Of a stretch of 64,000 nt of DNA, positions 24,211 through 35,405 are shown piece after piece. The DNA comes from Squalus acanthias (lineage: Eukaryota), in the NCBI GenBank assembly GCA_030390025.1, contig CM059443.1, forward strand, positions 48,608,001 through 48,672,000. The letters are read 5' to 3'. Every line of letters starts with the position of its first letter. The first letter of the stretch is position 1. The notes beneath the pieces are model-generated. The model saw only the letters and a list, made by a program, of their open reading frames with translations, was not told the origin of the DNA and ran no database searches. Both the position numbers and the translations under genes were made by a program.

Positions 24211-24999
24211 AGCCTCCATGGGCTGTCGACCCTCCTTCCACGGCCTCGCCCCTCCGAACACCCATGATCTCCCCAGCCCCAAGTCCCTGCACGTCCATCA
24301 CTGACCTACTTCTGGTTGCCTGGTACCTCTGCTATTGGCAGCTTCACACAGACCCCCTGCACTCCCTCCCTCAGCAGCTCCACCCTAACACCGCACAAAA
24401 TGGCGGCGAGGAGTTGCCAGGGACGGATCAGGGAGACAATGCACAAATTCGGAGCTCGTCTGCACTGAGTGAACTGATGGTGGCAGGGGCAGTGAAGCAG
24501 ACATGACTCAGCCAGAGCCCTCACTGCTGATCAATGTCCAGTGACCTGCTGGAAGAGGGCATCTGTGAAGAGAGAATCAGGCTTGGCCGTGACGCCCTCC
24601 ATACTCGAATATCCGGCCAGCACTCTTCATCTAGGCTTCTTCTGTACCGTCCGGAAGTATATCAGTACAGGGTGTACAGTGGAGGGGGTGTATACGTTGG
24701 GGGGGGGGGGCGGCGCGCATCAGCGGGGGGGCATATCAGTACCTGTATCTCAGTCTCACTCCCAAGTCTAAAGCTATTAATCCTGTTTTGCTGCAGATGA
24801 GATTTCCTTAAATCAACATTAGATCATTTCTAAAGTCTCATTATCTCAACGTATTGGTATTTTGAAAGTCGATTATTCCAAACTTTCCCAGTTTCATGAT
24901 TTAGTGCCATTGCAAGGTTTTTTATGCTTAAATCAATAAATAATAAGTTGTAGCAGTGCTAAATTGCAGAAGCACAATTCTCAGTGTCTGTGCAGGGAG

Positions 25000-25488
25000 C
25001 AACGTTCCCTCTAAGCTGCGTGCGTGCTCAGCCACGCAGTAATCTGCACGGTCCCCTAAGCTGCGAGCGTGCTCAGCCTCGCAGTAATCTGCACGGTCCT
25101 CTAAGCTGCGAGCGTGCTCAGCCTCGCAGTAATCTGCACGGTCCCCTAAGCTGCGTGCGTGCTCAGCCACGCAGTAATCTGCACGGTCCTCTAAGCTGCG
25201 AGCGTGCTCAACCACGCAGTAATCTGCACGGTCCTCTAAGCTGCGAGCGTGCTCAGCCTCGCAGTAATCTGCACGGTCCCCTAAGCTGTGTGCGTGCTCA
25301 GCCGCGCAGTAATCTGCACGGTCCTCTAAGCTGCGAGCGTGCTCAGCCGCGCAGTAATCTGCACGGTCCCACACAGGCCGTTCACAAGCTTTTCCATTTG
25401 AAATACCGCACATGCGCAGAAATTTAAAGGAACTGCGCATTGAAATAAACAGGCCGCGCACAAAAAAGGCAATTTAGAGGGAACATTG
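25000..25488. mobile_element. Non-autonomous DNA transposon (hAT-like MITE) with an internal 8 x 45-bp tandem repeat
   Basis: TIRs CAACGTTCCCTCTAA (25000) and TTAGAGGGAACATTG (ends 25488), 14/15 match. Flanking 8-mers GCAGGGAG and TCGGGTAG match 5/8. Tandem array at 25008-25368. Confidence 0.8.
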
Positions 25489-25552
25489 TCGGGTAGTATC
25501 TATGTCCATCGCCCTGGAGAATGGGAATATATCACATTTCATTTCAGCCGGC

Positions 25553-28365
25553 TTAAGAACATAAGAAATAGGAGCAGGAGTAGGCCATTCGGCCCTTCGA
25601 GCCTGCTCCGCCATTCAATGAGATCATGGCTGATCTTCTGCCTCAACTCCATTCACCGGCCCTATCGCCATATCCCTTGATGCCTTTACTAGTCAGAAAT
25701 CTATCGACCTGTTTTGAATATACCCAATGACTGAGCCACCACAGCCCTCTGGGGTCGAGAATTCCAAAGATTCACCACCCTCTGTGTGAAGAAATTTCTT
25801 CTCCTCTCAGTCCTGAATGGCCTACCCTTTATCCTGAGGCTGTGGCCCCTGGTTCTAGACTCCCCAGCCAAGGGAAACATTCTCCCAGCATCCACCCTAT
25901 CAAGCCCTGTAATCATTTTGTATGCTTTAATGAGATCCCCTCTCATTCTTCTGAATTCAAGAGAATAGGGGCCTAGTTTACTCAATCTCTTCTCATAGGA
26001 CAGTCCCGCCATCCCAGGAATCAATCTTGTGAACCTTCGTTGCACTCCCTCTATGGCAAGTATATCCTTCCTTAGGTAAGGAGACCAAAATTGTACACAG
26101 TACTCCAGGTGTGGTCTCACCAAGACCCTATATAATTGGAGTAAGACTTCTTTACTCCTGTACTCAAATCCTCTTGTAATGAAGGCCAGCATACCATTTG
26201 CCTTCCTAATGGCTTGCTGCACCTGCACATTCACTTTCAGTGACTCATGTACAAGGACATCCAGGTCCCTTTGAGCATCTGCATTCCCCAATCTATCACC
26301 ATTTAGGAAATACTCTGCCTTTGTTTTTTCTACCAAAGTGGATAACTTCACATTTATCCACATTATATTCCATTGGCCATGTTCTCACCCACTCACTGAG
26401 CCTGTCGAGATCCCCTTGAAGCCTCTTCACATCCTCTTCACAACTGACACTGCCACCTAGCTTTGTATCATCAGCAAATTTGGAAATGTTACAGTTAGTC
26501 CCCTCATCCAAATCATTGATATAGATTGTGAATAGCTGGGGCCCAAGCACCGATCCTTGCGGTACCCCACTAGTCACAGCCTGCCATCCTGAAAAAGACC
26601 CGTTTATCCCTACTCTTTGTTTTCTGTCTGTTAACCAATTCTCAATCCATGCTAGTATATTACCCCCAATTCCATGTGCCCTAATTTTGTTCACCAACCT
26701 CTTGTGTGGGACCTTATCGAAGACCTTCTGAAAATCCAAATAGACCACATCTACCGGTTCCCCTTTGTCTACTCCACTAGTTACATCCTTAAAGAACTCC
26801 AATAGGTTTGTCAAACAGGATTTCCCTTTCATAAATCCATGTTGACTCTGCCCAATCTTACTATTAGTTTCTGTGCCCAGTTATTGCATCCTTTATAATA
26901 GATTCCAGCATTTTCCCAACTACTGATATGAGGCTAACAGGTCTGTAGTTCCCCGTTTTCTCTCTCCCTCCTTTCTTAAATAGCGGGGTTACATTTGCTA
27001 TCCTCCAATCTGCAGGAACCGTTCCAGAATCTATAGAATTTTGGAAGATGACAACCAATGCGCCCACTATCTCAATGGCCACCTCTTTCAAAACCTTAGG
27101 ATGTAGGTCATCCGGTCCTTGGGATTTATCGACTTTTAGTCCCTTTAATTTTGCTAGTACTATTTTTTTTACTAATAATAATCTCTAAGTTCCTCATTCT
27201 CGCCACACACTTGGTTTTCTCATATTTCTGGGAGGGTTTTTGTGTCTTCCTCCGTGAAGACAGAAACAAAGTATTTATTTAATTTCTCTGCCATTTTCTC
27301 ATTCCCCATTATAAATTCTCCCGTCTGACTGTAAAGGACCTACATTTACCTTCGCCAGTCTTTTCCTACATTTACCTTTGCCAGTCTTTTCCTTTTCAAA
27401 TACCTATAGAAGCTTTTACAATCCGTTTTTATATTTTGCTAGTTTGTGCTCATATTCCATTTTCCCTTTCTTTATCAATTTCTTGGTCCCCCTTTGCTGA
27501 TTTCTAAACAGATCCCAATCCTCAGGCTGACTGCTTTTTCTGGCAACTTTATAAGCTTCCTCCTTTGACTTAATACTAGCTTTAATTTCTTTTGTTAGAC
27601 ATGTTGGATCACTTTTCCCTTTGGGTTTTTATGCCCTAGAGGAATATAGGATTGTTGCAAATTATGCATTATTTCCTTGAATGTTAGCCATTGTATGTCC
27701 ACCTTCATACCTTTTAGTGTAGTCTCCCAATCTACCATGGCCAACTTGTCCCTCATACCCCTGTAGTTTCCTCTGTTTAGATTGAAGACCTTAGTTTCAG
27801 ATTGGACTACATCACTCTCAAACTTAATATAAAATTTAATCATATTATGGTCACTTGTCCCTAAAGGCCCCTTTACCACAAGATTATTGATTAGCCCTTT
27901 CTCATTACAGTACCAGATCCAGAATAGCCTGTTCCCTGGTTGGTTCCTCCATATACTGATCCAGAAAACAATCTCGCATGCATTCCAAGAATTCGTCCTC
28001 CACACCATTAGTGGTAATTTGATTTGCCCAGTCAATATGTAGATTAAAGTCCCCCATGATTACCGTATTGCCCTTGTTACATGCACTTCTAATCTCTTGA
28101 TTGATACTGTGCCCGACATTACCACTACTGTTTGGTGGCCTATACACAACTCCCACCAATGTTTTCTGCCCTTTGCTGCTTCTTAGCTCCACCCAAACTG
28201 AGTCCAGTTCTACATCACGATCTGCCGAGCCAAGATCTTTTATCTCTACCGTACCGATCTCATCCCTTATTAACAGCGCCAAGCCACCTCCTTTTCCTTT
28301 TTGTCCGTCTTTCCTAAATGTTGAGTACCCTGGAACATTCAGTTCCCAGTTTTGGTTCCCTTCTC
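25553..28365 (-). mobile_element. 5'-truncated, frameshifted CR1 LINE (EN plus RT)
   Basis: AAGAACATAAGAAATAGG tail. ORF2 pieces at 25701-26363, 26296-26832, 26864-27091, 27595-28035 and 27905-28399. Confidence 0.95.
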
Positions 28366-28654
28366 CCTCATATGCTTGGCAACGGGTTTGAAACCTCAAC
28401 TGCGCTGTAGTTTCCTCTTTGCTGATATTGTTCTCTGGCCCACAAACTAATTCCCAGACCCACCGGCAACACCAGGGTTAATTCATTTGGATGGATTTTC
28501 CACAACGTTCCTATTAGCCAGTAAATATGGATTAGGGTGACTGTGAACCGACAGGCGGAGTGGGGCTGGGACACTACACCTGTGGTGGGGAGAAATCTTT
28601 AGATCAAGCGGTCAGGAGAGGAGAGAGAGTGAGAGAGAGATGATGATAAAAGGA

Positions 28655-30600
28655 TTACATAGGATATACAGCACAGAAACAGGCCATTCGGCCCAACCAG
28701 TCCATGCTGGCGTTTATGCTCCACATGAGCCCCCTCCCGTCTTTCCTCATCTAACTCTATCAGTATAACCCTCTATTCCCTTCTCCCCCATATGCTTGTC
28801 TAGCCTCCCCTTAAATGCATCTGTACTATTCGCTTCAACCACTCCCTGTGGTAGCGAGTTCCACATTCTCACCACTCTCTGGGTAAAGAAGTTTCTTCTG
28901 AATTCCCTATTGGATTTCTTGGTGACTATCTTATATTGATGGCCTCTAGTTATGCTCTTCCCCACAAGTGGAAACATTCTCTCTGTATCCACTCTATCAA
29001 AACCTTTCATAATTTTAAAGACCTCTACTAGGTCACCCCTCAGCCTTATTTTTTCAAGAGAAAAGAGAGCCAGCCTATTCATCCTTTCCTGATATGTATA
29101 CCTTCGCATTTCTGGTATCATCCTTGTAAATCTGCACTGCACCCTCTCCAGTGCCTCTATATCCTTTTTATAATATGGCAACCAGAACTGTACACAGTAC
29201 TCTAAGTGTGGTCTAACCAAGGTTCGATACAGGTTTAGCATAACTTCCCTACTTTTCAATTCTATCCCTCTAGAAATAAACCCTAGTGCTTGGTTTGCTT
29301 TTTTTATGGCCTTGCTAACCTGTGGCGCAACTTTGTAATTTGTGTATTTATACTCCTCGATCCCTTTGTTCCTCTACCCCACCTACACTCGCAGCCTCCA
29401 AGTGATAAGTGACCTCCTTATTCTTCCTACCAAAATGTAATACCTCACGTTTATCTGTGTTGAACTTCATTTGCCAATTATTTGCCCATTCTGCAAGTTT
29501 ATTAATGTCCTCCTGTAATTTGTTGCAGTCCTCCTCAGTATTGACTATCCCGCCCAATTTGGTATCATCTGCAAATTTAGAAATTGTGTTTTTGATTCCA
29601 AAATCTAAATCGTTAATGTAAATTGTGAACAGCAGTGGTCCCAGCACTGATCCTTGTGGAACACCACTACCCACCTTCTGCCACTGTGAATAGCTACCCT
29701 TTACTCCCACTCTCTGCTTTCTGTTCTAAAGCCAGCCAACAATCCATTCTGCTACTTGTCCCCCGACTCCGCATTCTCTGACCTTATTAGAAACATAGAA
29801 ACATAGAATCTAGGAGCAGGAGTAGGCCATTCGGCCCGTCGAGCCTGCTCCACCATTCAATACGATCATGGCTGATCATCCAAATCCAGTACCCTGTCCC
29901 TGCTTTAATCCCCACAGTACACATATCCCACCCTACCCCCGTAACCCCACGTATTTAATTCCCCCTAACATATCCCATCCTATCCCCATAACCCCACATA
30001 TTTAATCCCCCCCTAACACTAAGGGTCAATTTATCATAGCCAAATCAACCTAACCCGCACATTTCATTAGTCTATTATGGGGTACCTTATCGAAGGCCTT
30101 TTGAAAATCTAGATAAATTACATCTACTGCATTACCATTGTCTACGCTCTCTGTTACCTCTTCAAAAAATTGAATAAGGTTAGCCAAGCAAGACTTTCCC
30201 TTTTGAAATCCATGCTGACTATTCATTATTATGTTTTTGGTTTCTAGATGTTCTTCTATTTTCTCCTTTAGTAGGGATTCCATTATTTTTCCTACCACCG
30301 ATGTTAAGCTGACTGGTCTATAGTTCCCTGGACATGTTCTATGCCCCTTCTTAAATATCGGTATTACGTTAGCTATCCGCCAGTCCTCTGGCACTATACC
30401 TTTTTCTAACAAATTATTAAATATGTGTAGTAATGCCTCTGCTATCTCTTCCCTAGATTCTTTTAAAATGCAGGGGTGCAATCCATCCGGACGAGGGGTT
30501 TTATCCTCTTTGAGTTTGATTAATTTATTGAATATATCCCCTTTTTTTTAATTTTAAATGCACTTATCTCATTATCCGATGTCATGTCCACCTGTTCTAT
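28655..30600 (-). mobile_element. Truncated CR1 LINE (RT and C-terminus) interrupted by a SINE
   Basis: ORF2 pieces at 28747-29259, 29348-29710 and 30050-30481. Confidence 0.92.
29788..30062 (-). mobile_element. HE1-type SINE with a CR1/HER1-like 3' tail nested in the CR1
   Basis: (AGAAACAT)n tail plus the GGAGCAGGAGTAGGCCATTCGGCCC CR1 end, joined to CTAACACTAAGGGTCAATTTATCATAGCCAA..CCTAACCCGCACAT. Flanks TTATTAG and TCATTAG are a possible TSD. Confidence 0.65.
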
Positions 30601-31029
30601 CTCCCAGGTAGAAGATAATGGAGACATTCAGTCAATGGGAAGGGAAATTAGGCGGTGTGGGCAACAGGCGGGGGCGGACAACGGGCAGGGCGGGTAACAG
30701 GTGGCTGATCCACTATGGCCAGTTCCCCCTTCCCACCGAAGTTGGTAAGTGCTCGCTTGCTGCTTAGGGGAGCTCAGGGGTGGCGACTATTAATTCTCAC
30801 TGAACGATTCAAGAGAAACAAATCTACGTCTGTCGATAACCGAGAGTGCAATTGGATAAAGAGAGCTGGCGCAGGGGAGTGGGAACCTAAATACGCAGCA
30901 CCAGGAGGCTCCAGCCATGAAAACTTGTTCAGCGTCACTTGAACTAGATGTGTGGGGAATGTTGGGGGGCGGATTTAGGGTCGGGAGGGTGGGGTCTGTA
31001 ATATGGAAAACAACCAACAGAGTAATGGA

Positions 31030-31270
31030 CAAAAAAAAGATAGCCATTAACAGATCAAACAAAGAATTTAGGAGGAATTTCTTTACACAGAGTGGAGAGA
31101 ATGTGGAACTCGCTGAAACATGGAGAGGTTGAAGCATTGACACATTAAGGGGAGTTTTGATGCATACATGAGGGAGAAGGGAATGGAGGGAGATCGGGGC
31201 AGGGTGGGAAGAGGAAATTAGAGTGGGAGGAGCCTCGTGTGGGGTATAAACACCGGCTGTGGATTTGGGT
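31030..31270 (+). mobile_element. Decayed CR1 3' fragment
   Basis: NRSNKEFRRNFFTQ..., followed by a CR1-like 3'UTR. Confidence 0.7.
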
Positions 31271-31931
31271 TAGTGGCTGTGTCCCGAGGGGAGTCAATGA
31301 ACTCTCCACACTGGGCAAAGAGAGACTCTCAAAACGGCTGATGGGTTTCTGCTCGACAGACTCCCAGCTAGCAAATAACGAGAATGTCGCTAGGATACCC
31401 CACCAGTGCCCACAGCATCTGTGACAGTTAAAGACATATACTTGTATTGAAGCTCTTACACTTGTGTGCAGGGTGCTGTATTCTGTTAACGTTTTACTGC
31501 TCTCTCCAGTTGCAGGCGACCCCTGCCACTGATAACATCCGACAGCATGACTCGAGGGACGGAGTCATGGTCTGCTGAGGATCGAAACACCACAGATGGG
31601 GGGATCTACAAGTTCCGACGCCATGTTCACGAGCCCTGTGTTGAACCCATGTACATTCCCATTTTTTTCTGCTCCGTTCCCACTTTAATTTTACACTTGT
31701 CCCTTTAAGCAAAGTGGGAGTCGGAGTGATATTGCCCCACCTGCAGTAACTGCCCCGAGGCATGACTAAACCACGCCGCCTGCTGACTTTCAAATTGCTG
31801 TATTAGCAACTCTCGGGCGAATGATGCTCAGCAATGCTGTATTCAGAGAGGTTCATCTGAAGGAATTCTGTTCCCACATTTGCAAGCTGGGAATACTGGA
31901 ATTCCGCCAACAAGCTGAAGAAGAAACCAAC

Positions 31932-32193
31932 CTTTTGGTCTTGAAGATTGTCCGAGGACCTGGGAGGGAAGGTACAGGGAGCTCTGCCGTGGTGGATGTG
32001 GTAAGGCAGCAAGGTATCGGGATCCAGGGGTACCCAGGGCACTGAGAGAGTAGAAGGGATCGGCGGAAGCGTGCTGTGCGCCGCGTGAAGGTTGTAGGCT
32101 GCTCTGGTGAACTTTCCTCCTGGCGAGTTGCGATAGATGGTTATGGAGGAGTCTCCTGTGGGATGACTCAACAGGTATCTGCCCTCTGGCAAA
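31932..32193 (-). CDS. ICE2: ICE2 penultimate coding exon (NARG2 C-terminal region)
   Basis: Acceptor TTTCTTTAAACCCTAG|T and donor AAG|GTTGGT. LPEGRYLLSHPTGDSSITIY...TRAAYNLH..H..LP..PSTLSVPWVPLDPDTLLPYHIHHGRAPCTFPP closely matches the recalled human ICE2 (LQEGSYLLSH...SLSVPWVPLDPSLLLPYHIHHGRIPCTFPP). 262 nt, phase 2 to 0. Confidence 0.95.
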
Positions 32194-32385
32194 CTAGGGT
32201 TTAAAGAAAGGAAGAAAAAAAACCCATCAGACATAATGTTAAAATCCAGCCCGTCTCTTGCTTCAGTGTGTGAAACCGTTCTCAGCCTGAGTAAATACCA
32301 TTACTAATCACAAGGGTCCAACGTACAACTGCACTGCTCACACTAGCCATGAGTGTGCTTACACTAAACACCACGTGAAGCTAGG

Positions 32386-32887
32386 ACGAGATGGACCTGG
32401 GATGGGGAACGAGGTGGACCAGGGATGGGGAACGAGGTGGACCTGGGATGGGGAACGAGGTGGACCAGGGATGGGGAACGAGGTGGACCAGGGATGGGGA
32501 ACGAGGTGGACCAGGGATGGGGAACGAGGTGGACCAGGGATGGGGAACGAGGTGGACCAGGGATGGGGAACGAGGTGGACCAGGGATGGGGAACGAGGTG
32601 GACCTGGGATGGGGAACGAGGTGGACCAGGGATGGGGAACGAGGTGGACCAGGGATGGGGAACGAGGTGGACCTGGGATGGGGAACGAGGTGGACCTGGG
32701 ATGGGGAACGAGGTGGACCTGGGATGGGGAACGAGGTGGACCAGGGATGGGGAACGAGGTGGACCAGGGATGGGGAACGAGGTGGACCAGGGATGGGGAA
32801 CGAGGTGGACCAGGGATGGGGAACGAGGTGGACCAGGGATGGGGAACGAGGTGGACCAGGGATGGGGAACGAGGTGGACCAGGGATG
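32386..32887. repeat. 23-bp minisatellite GGGATGGGGAACGAGGTGGACC(A/T), about 21 copies
   Basis: Directly visible and nearly homogeneous. Confidence 0.97.
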
Positions 32888-33329
32888 AGATGTTTAGCTG
32901 CGGATCTGGTCATAGTCTCAGTGGGCCGGATGTGTCACTAAAGATTTTTATGAAATTTAAATTTTGGCTACAATTTAAATTGTGCAGTTTCTGTACCACA
33001 ATCGATTGGCTGGAAGCATTTCCCTGGTTTGTTGGGTGTCACAGTAACTCTGCCCAGTTGCGGGTGGCGTAGGACCTCAGTGCAACGTGGCCCACTCCAA
33101 ACTACCGGCACGGAAAGATATTCTTTATTCGGCCCAGAGCCAGAGAATTCTTTTTGTTATTTGTTCACGAGGTATGTTCCGTCCTCTGACTTCCCACGGT
33201 GGAGTTGTAATTCTTACTAAGCTGTCCTTGGTGTAAGTGCCAAGTCTCCAGTGACCAGTACCTTGGACAGCTGGTCAGTCACCACGGCCCAGGCCTGACC
33301 GACTCGGGCCACGAGGTCTGTGGCTCAGC

Positions 33330-33450
33330 ATCAAATGAGTCGGAAGTCTGTGGGTTCAAGCCCCACTCCAGAGACTTGAGCAAAAAATCTAGGCCGACAC
33401 GCTAGTGCAGCACTGAGGGAGTGCTGCACTGTTGGAGGTGCCATCTTTTG
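33330..33450 (+). mobile_element. Deu-domain SINE 5' fragment
   Basis: GGGTTCAAGCCCCACTCCAGAGACTTGAGC...CTGAGGGAGTGCTGCACTGTTGGAGGTGCC. A reverse copy lies at 52155-52350. Confidence 0.75.
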
Positions 33451-33464
33451 CAATGACACAAGCT

Positions 33465-33578
33465 GCCATGTCACGCCAACACGGGCCGCCATGTCACGCC
33501 AACACGGGCCGCCATGTCACGCCAACACGGGCCGCCATGTCACGCCAACACGGGCCGCCATGTCACGCCAACACGGGC
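33465..33578. repeat. 23-bp tandem repeat GCCATGTCACGCCAACACGGGCC, 5 copies
   Basis: Directly visible. Confidence 0.95.
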
Positions 33579-33589
33579 TGTCTTTTGCG

Positions 33590-33845
33590 CACCCCTGATT
33601 TAATTGCTCCGCCACTGGCAACCATGTCTTCGGCTGCCGAGGCCCTAAGCTCTAGAATTCCCTCCCTAAACCCCTCTTTCCTCCTTTAAGACCCTCCTTA
33701 AAACCTACCTCTTTGACCAAGCTTTTGGTCACCTGTTCTAATATCTCTATGTGGCTCAGTGTTAATCTTTTTTGATAACGCTCCCGTGAAGCGCCTTGCG
33801 ACGTTTTACGACATTAAAGGCACTATAGAAATACAAGTTGTTGTT
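33590..33845 (+). mobile_element. L2-type LINE 3' end
   Basis: CTCCTTAAAACCTACCTCTTTGACCAAGCTTTTGGTCACC...GTGAAGCGCCTTG...AAATACAAGTTGTTGTT. Confidence 0.7.
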
Positions 33846-35205
33846 ATGTCACACTGTAACACAGGTTGGCGTGTACCAGAGGCTGGAGGATGGAATTACA
33901 GCGCAACGCATTTACATAGATGTGGACACAGGAATTTATAATGGAAAAGTTGACAAAAATGTGACAGAAACATGTCAAGAAGAGGTTTTGTCGACAGGAA
34001 GTTCACCCAGACGTATGTTTTTTCAATACATCATGGATACATATATAAGATGGGATTGTTCGCAGAAAGAGCCTCAAGTCTCACCCACTTCCGGTACAGC
34101 AAAGGATATTTCTAAAAGAACTAGGTGGTCTGCTATGGTTTAGTTTGCACCTAAAATAATTTGCACCTCCCTTCATTCAACTATTTCTCAGGTTCCTTCC
34201 TCGTCTCCAACTCTTTTCGTGTCTTGCTCTATTTTTCTGTTCATGTTTCTTTCACATACACCAACACGCCTGCGCACACACACCAACACACACAGATCAA
34301 CACGCACACACGCAAACCAGATAATGCTACAACTGGAAGCTGACTCGATTAGGAGGCACCACGACTTTTGCCATCTTGTGGCAGCTTTAAGCTTTCCAGA
34401 GCTGGACACGTCTCAGACCCGCTCCCCCACTGAGGGCCCCAGGCCATCTGTGACCAAGACTCCACCGACAGCTCTCACTCCTCTCAGCTCGATCTTGGGC
34501 CGAGTTCTGCTCTCGATACTGTTGGAGAATAACTTGTACCTCACTCAAGATTAGCAAAGCAGCGTTCTCGGGGGCGAGAGAGATTTAAAGGGGCCACAGC
34601 CAGATGAAAGAGCAGTCAGACGTTTGGGAAGGATAAGGTGACAACACAAGACATCGCTAAGTACTAGCTGTAAATGTATGGATATTCGCTCAGCACAGAC
34701 TCCCTCAAGTCCCAGTACAGCAGGTTTTCGGATACTCTTTGTCAGCAATTCAGACAGGCTCTTGTGGGAAATGAGGTTGATGAGGTGTGGTTGCTATGAC
34801 AGTGGCAGATACAGTAGATGGTTGAGCAGTTGCACTAAGTGTCTGCTGATCATAAAGTTGAAAGAAAGGTTTCTGAGCTAGAGAGTAAAGTGCAGGAACT
34901 TAATGGAGGCATATAAATACCAGGGGATTAAAGAGGGTGAAACAAGTGTGATGGAACTTTAATAAGCGACGAGTATTTTCAGGGTGAAAGGGATTGTTTC
35001 AGGAAAGGTATAATAGGGACTTGACTGGGGCAGAAAGGTAGAGTGATAACTGGATACTATGTGATCCTAATAAAAATCCCCTCCTGCCCAGCAGCCAGAC
35101 AATTGGTCAGCCTGATCGGTGGGCGGGGGTGGTGGGAGAAGGCTGGAGTTCGGAGCTGGGAAAGTGGGAGGGTGATGGGGGCTGGGGGGGGGGGGGGGGG
35201 GGGGG

Positions 35206-35405
35206 NNNNNNNNNNNNNNNNNNNNNNNNNNNNNNNNNNNNNNNNNNNNNNNNNNNNNNNNNNNNNNNNNNNNNNNNNNNNNNNNNNNNNNNNNNNNNNN
35301 NNNNNNNNNNNNNNNNNNNNNNNNNNNNNNNNNNNNNNNNNNNNNNNNNNNNNNNNNNNNNNNNNNNNNNNNNNNNNNNNNNNNNNNNNNNNNNNNNNNN
35401 NNNNN
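35206..35405. other. Assembly gap (200 N)
   Basis: Round-number N run, preceded by a poly-G tract and followed by mid-LINE sequence. Confidence 0.98.

Noticed and set aside
21942-24282. Gly/Arg-rich and Pro-rich ORFs
   Set aside because: Minisatellite artefacts inside an ICE2 intron.
24607-24742. Alternative ICE2 terminal exon (VLICPPLMRAAPPP...QKKPR*)
   Set aside because: The putative acceptor lacks a polypyrimidine tract and the peptide has no recognisable homology.
24928-25461. Repeat protein (DRADYC.AEHARSL)n or CRISPR-like array
   Set aside because: Head-to-tail 45-bp units with no unique spacers, inside a TIR element in eukaryotic DNA; no cas genes.
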